A stretch of 60,790 bases of DNA from Candidatus Wolfebacteria bacterium (GTDB lineage: Bacteria > Patescibacteriota > Minisyncoccia > UBA6257 > UBA9933), in NCBI GenBank assembly GCA_016188075.1, contig JACPIO010000014.1:1-60790 (forward strand), given 5' to 3'. The notes beneath the pieces are model-generated. The model had not been told where the DNA came from. It saw nothing but the letters and a program-made list of their open reading frames with translations, and made no database searches. The translations under genes and the position numbers were made by a program. Shown here piece after piece: positions 54,254 through 60,790 of the stretch. Positions within the stretch are counted from its first letter, which is position 1; the number at the start of each line of letters is the position of its first letter.

Positions 54254-55478
54254 TATCAAAACAACTTGGTGGAAGGTGAAGTTGGGAGAATTTGCAAACA
54301 TAAACCCAACGGTTCAGCTTCAACGCGGCAAAGAGTATTCATTTTTGGATATGGCGGATGTCACGCCGCTTTCGCGCACAACAAACTGGCAAAAGCGGAA
54401 AATTTTCAAAGGTTCCGGGGCGAGATTTGAAGAGGGCGACACTCTATTTGCTCGCATTACTCCTTGTTTAGAGAATGGAAAGATAACGCAAGCTCAAGAG
54501 CTAAAAAGTCCCGCGTTCGGATCAACTGAATTCTATGTATTACGTGGCATACAAGGTGTATCTGACAGCGACTTTATTCATTATTTATCTCGCACATTCC
54601 GTATCCGAAAACTAGCCGAAGGAAGCATGGTTGGTGCTTCTGGTCGTCAGCGTGTAGAACGCGTTGCTTTTGAAAATATAGAGACAGAAGTTCCAGAAAG
54701 TCTAGAGATCCAAAAACGCATTGCGGACATTCTTTCCGCTTTTGATGACAAGATTGAACTGAACAATAAAATCAGCAAAAATTTGGAGGCAACGGCGCAG
54801 GCGATTTTTAAGGAGTGGTTTGTAAATTTCCGTTTTCCCGGCCATGAAAAAATAAAAATGATTGATTCTGAATTGGGGGAAATTCCAGAGGGGTGGGGGG
54901 TGAAAATGTTGCCCGAGGTTTTTGATTTTCTTGAAGGGCCTGGCATTAGAAACTGGCAATATGCCCCAGAGGGGTGCCGCTTCATCAACATTCGTCTTAT
55001 CCAAAATAATGATATAGACATTAAGTCAGCAAATTCCATTTCAGAAAAAGAAGCAAATGGAAAATATAAACATTTTCACCTTCAAGAGCGAGATATGGTC
55101 GTATCAACATCAGGAACGCTTGGAAGATTGGCCATCGTTAGAGAAGAACACCTGCCATTATTACTTAACACCTCGGTCATTAGATTTAAGCCAAAAGATA
55201 AGCAGAACTACGGCTTTATGTACCAATTCCTAAATTCCGCTTACTTCCAAAACAAGGTATTAAGTATGGCATCAGGAAGCGCACAACCAAACTTTGGCCC
55301 AGTACACTTAAAACAAATTGAGGTGCTTATGCCGGACAAGAGCATATTGGGTACTTTTGGAAGTTCGGTAAATTCAATTTACGAAAGAATCATCGCCATT
55401 AAATCAGAAAACCAAAAATTAGCCGCGCTCCGCGATTTGCTTTTACCAAAGTTAATGAGTGGGGAGATTCTTGTTTAA
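54243..55478 (+). CDS. hsdS: Type I R-M specificity subunit
   Basis: Two TRDs; QKRIADILSAFDDKIELN and LRDLLLPKLMSGEI. Confidence 0.96.
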   Translation: MKTNIKTTWWKVKLGEFANINPTVQLQRGKEYSFLDMADVTPLSRTTNWQKRKIFKGSGARFEEGDTLFARITPCLENGKITQAQELKSPAFGSTEFYVLRGIQGVSDSDFIHYLSRTFRIRKLAEGSMVGASGRQRVERVAFENIETEVPESLEIQKRIADILSAFDDKIELNNKISKNLEATAQAIFKEWFVNFRFPGHEKIKMIDSELGEIPEGWGVKMLPEVFDFLEGPGIRNWQYAPEGCRFINIRLIQNNDIDIKSANSISEKEANGKYKHFHLQERDMVVSTSGTLGRLAIVREEHLPLLLNTSVIRFKPKDKQNYGFMYQFLNSAYFQNKVLSMASGSAQPNFGPVHLKQIEVLMPDKSILGTFGSSVNSIYERIIAIKSENQKLAALRDLLLPKLMSGEILV

Positions 55479-55481
55479 ATT

Positions 55482-56444
55482 ATGAAATCCCGACATCAAA
55501 TTTTATTGGATAATTCAATTTCAGCCACACTTGCTGGAATTGAGATTTATAACAAGCCGATTTTTTCAAATAGAGAAGCTAGTTTCTGTTTTCAAATTGT
55601 GAATGCCTGGGAACTTTTGCTAAAGGCAAAAATCCTCAAAAACAATCGTAATCAACTTAAACATATCTATAAATACGAGGGACGATTTATTAAACGAAAT
55701 CGATCCAGTAACCCAATGACCATTGGCATTTATGAGGCATTTGGGAAAATAAGAAATCTTGACACGCGAATCAAGAGTAATCTTGAGGAATTAATAGCTA
55801 TTCGTGACGCCGCTACTCATTTTTATTACAAATCAAAAGCACTTCCGTATTTGGTGTTTACGCTCGGCACAGCAGCATTAAGGAATTACGAAAAATGTTG
55901 TCGCGATTGGTTTTCCACAAATCTAGATAAATATAACTTCTACATTTTGCCGATAGGGTTCGGTTATACATTTCAAACCTTTTCTAAACTTACTACGCGA
56001 GACGAAACAGAAGAAATAGCAAACATTATGCGTTCTGTTTCAAAAAAACAATCGCGCTTAAAGTCGGCATCACCTACGGATTTTCAGTTTATCTGCGAGA
56101 TTAAAATTCAAACAGTTTCGGTCAAGAAAGCGAAGGACGCCGACATAGTTGCAAGTATTGATAGTAGCGGGGCAGACGCTCAATTTATAGAACGCGAGGT
56201 TAATAAATTAGACAAATATCCATATACTTTTAGGCAGATTCTAGCTGAGGCAAAGAAACAAAAGAATATCAAACCAAATAAATTATCAAGTTTTATAAGA
56301 GAGCGGAACATTAAGGACAATCCGGCATATCACGACTATACCTACCGAAGCAAGAAACACGAATCAGAAAATAAACCATCTTCTGATATTTATAACTACG
56401 CCTTTTTGCAATTAGTAATTAATGATCCGTACTTTAAATCATGA
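55482..56444 (+). CDS. DUF3644-like cargo protein
   Basis: IEIYNKP...RE...NAWELLLKA...RDAATH. Confidence 0.75.
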   Translation: MKSRHQILLDNSISATLAGIEIYNKPIFSNREASFCFQIVNAWELLLKAKILKNNRNQLKHIYKYEGRFIKRNRSSNPMTIGIYEAFGKIRNLDTRIKSNLEELIAIRDAATHFYYKSKALPYLVFTLGTAALRNYEKCCRDWFSTNLDKYNFYILPIGFGYTFQTFSKLTTRDETEEIANIMRSVSKKQSRLKSASPTDFQFICEIKIQTVSVKKAKDADIVASIDSSGADAQFIEREVNKLDKYPYTFRQILAEAKKQKNIKPNKLSSFIRERNIKDNPAYHDYTYRSKKHESENKPSSDIYNYAFLQLVINDPYFKS

Positions 56445-59400
56445 AAAAACTTAACGAAGACACACTAACCGAACAGCCGGTCATAGAGTGGTTCAAGGAG
56501 ATGGGCTATGACCACGAAAAAGGGCCTGACATAGCGCCTGGACAAATTACCGGCGAGCGCGAGGACTTTCGCGAGGTAGTTTTGGTTGGACGGCTTAAGC
56601 GGTATATTCGTCGTCTCAATCCTGATTTACCGGAAGCCGCTATTGATGATGTCGCGCGGAGTTTGAAATCAGAACATCCGAATTTGGAAATCGCGAATAA
56701 AGAAATTTATACTATGCTGACGCAAGGTGTGCGCGTTAATTTTCGGGGCGCGGACGAAGAAGATATTTGGCGATTCGCGAAAATTGTTGATTTTGATAAC
56801 CCCCAGAATAATGAATTTCTTGTCATCAATCAATTCGCGATTCAGGGATCGGAAAAGGTTCGCCGACCGGATGTGGTTGTTTTTGTAAACGGAATCCCGC
56901 TTGCGATTTTCGAACTCAAAAACCCAGCGCTTGAAAATGCGACAATCTACACTGCCTATGAGCAGCTGCGGGAGTATAAAAAAGATATTCCGGAGATCTT
57001 CAAATACAATCAGGTACTTGTTGTTGGCGATTTAATTGAAGCGAGACACGGCACAATTTCATCGTCGTGGGAGTGGTTTTCGCACTGGAAAGGCATTGAA
57101 AGCGAAGATGAGCAGAATCACGGCATTTCTGAGCTTGAAACCTTAGCGCGAGGAATTTTTCATAAAATTCGATTTTTGGATATTGTCCGGAACTTTATTA
57201 TTTTTGAGGCCGATGCCGAAAAAGACGCAAGTAAATTCACAAAAAAGATGGCAATGTACCATCAATACTTTGGCGTAAACAAAGCCGTGAATGAGACTTT
57301 GCGCGCCGCAAAGCCGAGGGGAAATAAAAAAATCGGTGTTTTCTGGCATACGCAAGGATCGGGCAAATCGCTTTCAATGGTTTTTTATACAAACAAAGCC
57401 AAGCGGTTGGAAGAATTAAAAAGCCCGACATTTGTATTTTTGACTGACAGAAACGATCTTGATGGACAGTTTTATAAAACATTTTTGCGAAGTGGCTATC
57501 CAAGCGCGAAGCAAGCGGAAAGCGTCACTGGATTGAAAGAAAGATTACGCGAAGCGGCCGGCGAACTTATTTTTACGACAATTCAGAAATTTGATACTGA
57601 ATATGAGGTTTTGAGCGAACGAGAAAATATCATTGTTATTGCGGACGAAGCGCATCGCTCGCAGTATGCGAAATTTGCTGGCAATGTCCGAGTTGCTTTA
57701 CCGAACGCCTCGTTCATGGGCATCACGGGTACCCCGATAAGTCTGCAAAATCGCGAAACGCGACTTGTATTTGGAAACCACATCAGCGAATACAAGATAA
57801 ACCAAGCCGTAGAAGACGGCGCAACCGTTCCGATTTATTACGAAGGTCGCCTCGTGCCTTTGCATCTGGCGAATCAATTTATTGATGAGGAGTTTGAGGA
57901 CTTGACCGGCGAGATAGAATTTGAGGCAAAAGAAGTGTACAAGCGTAAATGGGCGCGACTTGAGCAAGCCGTAAGCGCAAAAGATCGTCTGGAGCAAGTG
58001 GCAAAAGATATAGTTTCGCATTTTAACAATCGCGGGCTTGAGGGAAAAGGAATGATTGTGACAATTTCGAGAAAGACGGCGGTTGAGATGTATAAAATAA
58101 TTTCAAAGTTATTGAGCGCGCCCGCCTACGCCGACCTGCGCTTCGCCGATGGCTCCATCAAGGCGAGGGCTTCGGCGGGCAAGCCGGAAGTGGCGGTTGT
58201 TATTTCAAAACCGGAAGATTTTCCGGAACTTCATCAAAGCAGAGATACAAAAGAGCTGGAAAAAAGATTTAAAAATCCCGATGACTCATTGAAACTCGTG
58301 ATTGTATGCGATATGTGGTTGACCGGCTTTGATGTTCCTTCGCTTCACACTATGTATATTGATAAGCCGCTCAAAAATCATACCTTGATGCAAGCGATAG
58401 CTCGCGTCAATAGAATTTTTAAGGACAAGCCCGGCGGTCTTATCGTGGACTATATTGGAATTGCTGACGATCTAAAGAAAGCCCTCTCAATTTATAGTTC
58501 AGGCATACAGAAGGAGGCAATGATACCGATTGAGGAAATTATTGCCAAGATGATGGAAAAATACGATATCGTTCGCGCGATGTTTGCTGGCGTTGAATAC
58601 AAGGAATGGAAGAAGCTGAAAGGCTCGGACCTGGCGCAGCTATTTCAAAAAGCGGTCAATACGATTATCACGAACGAAAGAAGCGGAATGGTTGATGATG
58701 AACAGAAAAAACGATTTGCGAAAGAAACAGAACTACTCTCACAGCTTTTTGCATTTGCTATGCCGCACAAGGAAGCAAACGCCATACGAAATGAAGTTGA
58801 ATTTTTCCAAGCAGTGAAGCGTGCGGTTATTAAACGGATAATCATCCAGCCCGAAGGCATTGGGTTTGATATTGAATCTGCTGTACGAGAGCTTGTTTCC
58901 AAGGCCATATCTGCCGAGGGAGTCATTGATATTTTTGACATGAAGGGCAAAGGAAGGCCGGACATTTCTATTTTTGATGAGAAGTTTTTGGAAGAGGTGA
59001 AAAATCTGAAGTACAAGAATCTTTCCGTGGATGTGCTTCGCAAACTCTTGAATGATGAGCTCCGAGTGAGGATGAGGAAAAATCTGGTTCGTTACAAATC
59101 GCTTCTTGATATGTTGGAAGATATAATTGAAAAATACGAAAACAACATCATCAATTCCACGAAAGTTATTGAGAAACTGATTGAATTGGCAAAGGAAATC
59201 CGGAAGGTTGAGAAACAGGGCGAAGGCATCGGCTTGTCAGAGGAAGAAATGGCGTTTTATGATGCGATATCCGTCGGACGCAAAGCAATCAACGGAAATG
59301 GAAAATTTAAGGAATTGGTACGCGAGCTTGTAAAAATCATCAAGAGAGATTTGGCGATTGATTGGATGAATAATGATATAATCAAAGCGAGGATTCGTGC

Positions 59401-59521
59401 GAATGTTAAGCTGCTATTGTTACGAAAAGGATACAAGGCGGAAGAAAGCGAAAAGGTTTTAGATTTGATATATCAACAAGCATTTTCATTGTACAGAGAT
59501 TTTGTGCCAGCTATGGCGTAA
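56441..59521 (+). CDS. hsdR: Type I R-M restriction subunit
   Basis: PD...ELK, HTQGSGKS, DEAHRSQ, MWLTGFD and QAIARVNR. Confidence 0.97.
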   Translation: MKKLNEDTLTEQPVIEWFKEMGYDHEKGPDIAPGQITGEREDFREVVLVGRLKRYIRRLNPDLPEAAIDDVARSLKSEHPNLEIANKEIYTMLTQGVRVNFRGADEEDIWRFAKIVDFDNPQNNEFLVINQFAIQGSEKVRRPDVVVFVNGIPLAIFELKNPALENATIYTAYEQLREYKKDIPEIFKYNQVLVVGDLIEARHGTISSSWEWFSHWKGIESEDEQNHGISELETLARGIFHKIRFLDIVRNFIIFEADAEKDASKFTKKMAMYHQYFGVNKAVNETLRAAKPRGNKKIGVFWHTQGSGKSLSMVFYTNKAKRLEELKSPTFVFLTDRNDLDGQFYKTFLRSGYPSAKQAESVTGLKERLREAAGELIFTTIQKFDTEYEVLSERENIIVIADEAHRSQYAKFAGNVRVALPNASFMGITGTPISLQNRETRLVFGNHISEYKINQAVEDGATVPIYYEGRLVPLHLANQFIDEEFEDLTGEIEFEAKEVYKRKWARLEQAVSAKDRLEQVAKDIVSHFNNRGLEGKGMIVTISRKTAVEMYKIISKLLSAPAYADLRFADGSIKARASAGKPEVAVVISKPEDFPELHQSRDTKELEKRFKNPDDSLKLVIVCDMWLTGFDVPSLHTMYIDKPLKNHTLMQAIARVNRIFKDKPGGLIVDYIGIADDLKKALSIYSSGIQKEAMIPIEEIIAKMMEKYDIVRAMFAGVEYKEWKKLKGSDLAQLFQKAVNTIITNERSGMVDDEQKKRFAKETELLSQLFAFAMPHKEANAIRNEVEFFQAVKRAVIKRIIIQPEGIGFDIESAVRELVSKAISAEGVIDIFDMKGKGRPDISIFDEKFLEEVKNLKYKNLSVDVLRKLLNDELRVRMRKNLVRYKSLLDMLEDIIEKYENNIINSTKVIEKLIELAKEIRKVEKQGEGIGLSEEEMAFYDAISVGRKAINGNGKFKELVRELVKIIKRDLAIDWMNNDIIKARIRANVKLLLLRKGYKAEESEKVLDLIYQQAFSLYRDFVPAMA
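58121..58183 (+). repeat. 63-nt nested palindromic insertion in frame in hsdR
   Basis: rplL-type arms CCCGCCTACGCCGA/GGCTTCGGCGGGCAAG enclosing a further 33-nt hairpin. Confidence 0.88.
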
Positions 59522-59538
59522 AAATCGTCGACAAAATT

Positions 59539-59889
59539 ATGACTCTCATTCTCATCTCCATAATTATTTTTCTGGCCGCGGCGGTTGTGGCGCTGGTTGT
59601 TTTCGCGCGCAAAGAGGCGGGGAAACACGGCACAAGCGTGAAGGAAGAATTTGTCGGGATCTGCGCCTCGGCCATTGAAACGGCTTCGCAGAAGGAGGCT
59701 CGCAAGGAAAGCGCGCTCGCGTATCTACGCTCGCGCGGTGAGCTTTCCAACTCCGAAATCCGCAAAGCGCTTGGTGTTTCCAGCCGTACAGCCGTGCGCT
59801 ATCTGGACGAATTGGAGGCGGAAGGAAAAGTGGAACAGGTCGGCAAAATCGGCCACACCGTCACTTATCGTCTAAAACACACCGCCTAG
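59539..59889 (+). CDS. Membrane-anchored winged-HTH protein
   Basis: N-terminal TM segment; LGVSSRTAVRYLDELEAEG. Confidence 0.8.
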   Translation: MTLILISIIIFLAAAVVALVVFARKEAGKHGTSVKEEFVGICASAIETASQKEARKESALAYLRSRGELSNSEIRKALGVSSRTAVRYLDELEAEGKVEQVGKIGHTVTYRLKHTA

Positions 59890-59893
59890 AATA

Positions 59894-60036
59894 AACATTC
59901 CAACATTCTGCAGAATGTTGGAATGTTGCGAATACGCCACCCGCCTGGCGTATTGAGAGCGAGGTGCTCCCTCCAGAAGCGGGCAGGCACCACGGAGGAC
60001 CCCAGTAGTAGAGCGCAAAGCGTTCACTACGGGGCA
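59894..60036. repeat. Cluster of palindromic elements
   Basis: Copy of the 10748 palindrome, an AATACGCCA hairpin and a GTTCACTACGGGGC element. Confidence 0.75.
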
Positions 60037-60138
60037 AGGATTAAAATTGTGGAAAATAAATAAAATTATGAATAATCAAAACTCAAAAAAATATTTGCTT
60101 CAGTTTTAGTCCGTCCAATGAAGTGATAATATAAGCTC

Positions 60139-60369
60139 ATGATCCTGAAAGAAAACAATTTTGCATACATAGACGGCGCGAACTTGCACAAAGGTGTGGC
60201 TGGTTTAGGCTGGAGGTTAAATTACAAACGATTCAGAGTGTGGCTGTCTGAAAAATATGGAGTGCGCGCCGCATATCTCTTCATGGGGCTCATACGTGCC
60301 CATTTAGAGCTTACCCAAAAAGAAAAAGCCCCCGGCGGGGACGGAACCCCGCAAGGGTCTTTTTCGTGA
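60139..60369 (+). pseudogene. NYN/PIN-domain gene with a probable internal deletion
   Basis: FAYIDGANL N-terminus, but only 76 aa and lacking the downstream acidic motifs. Confidence 0.7.
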
Positions 60370-60613
60370 GTATTACTTGTAGTATAGCAAGTGCTCGGTA
60401 GAAGTCAATAGTTTTCCACAGGCGGTAAATATAGGGAGTAAATCTATGGAAATCGAAACCAAACAACCCCATACCAGTTCGCTACGGGGCATGCTTTCCG
60501 CATAAAGTCATCGGCGGACTCTCGCCGGCAGAGAAACTTTTAGAACACCATCAATCCCACAAATAACATCCTTATAAACTGGAGTTTGTAAGGATGTAGT
60601 GTATAATGAAATT

Positions 60614-60790
60614 ATGGCGAAAATGAAAACAGCAAAACAAATGGAGCGGCATTTAAAGGGAATGGCCAACCATTATCGCATTGAAATACTGCTTCTCGTT
60701 GCGCAGCGTGACGGTATAACGTTGGAAGATGTTGTCGATACACTTGGTGCTAATGAAAAAACGATCGGTGAACACACACGCCGGCTCTAT
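60614..60790 (+). CDS. ArsR-family HTH regulator (partial)
   Basis: KGMANHYRIEILLL...TIGEHTRRL; runs off the window end. Confidence 0.8.
   Translation, partial: MAKMKTAKQMERHLKGMANHYRIEILLLVAQRDGITLEDVVDTLGANEKTIGEHTRRLY

Noticed and set aside
4043..59875. Numerous short antisense or alternate-frame ORFs within long genes
   Set aside because: They are shadows of well-supported genes and have no motifs or start signals.
60498..60566. PHKVIGGLSPAEKLL resembling the C-terminus of an IS3/IS481 transposase
   Set aside because: About 20 codons with no start or DDE core, too short to support a call.
49566..60790. Prophage or ICE at tRNA-Asn
   Set aside because: No integrase, phage structural or conjugation genes, and no duplicated tRNA 3' end seen within the window.

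Overview
A 60.8-kb chromosomal segment from a reduced-genome bacterium. Gene content, a hinge-less SMC, a truncated ThrS and the absence of rplA after rplK suggest Patescibacteria/CPR, probably Parcubacteria (inference). It carries housekeeping genes (gyrB, secE-nusG-rplK, gatB, miaA, thrS, dnaE, rnhB-rpmF-nusB-rnc-smc-rpsP-khpA-trmD-rpsB-tsf, rpmG, pcm, rplJ-rplL), a dcd/thyA-fusion/dcd block, seven intact tRNAs and two tRNA-adjacent defence islands (an MTase plus nucleases after tRNA-Val, and a type I R-M system with cargo genes after tRNA-Asn). Four unusual signals stand out. (1) A nested tRNA locus: an intact tRNA-Thr(UGU) lies inside a GC palindromic element inserted in the anticodon of a second tRNA-Thr(UGU), which lies inside a related element inserted in the D-arm of a third, truncated tRNA. 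(2) Several families of small palindromes and 7-9-nt tandem repeats occur between genes and also in frame inside essential genes (rplL, hsdR, gyrB, trmD, gatB, rnhB, smc). (3) Three leader-peptide attenuator-like structures (Phe-rich, Ile/Leu/Val-rich and a short one) precede ORFan cassettes rather than biosynthetic genes. (4) GC-rich ORFan cassettes have strong Shine-Dalgarno sites, and several are bordered by a four-copy palindrome. All functional calls come from reading motifs by eye; no database searches were run.
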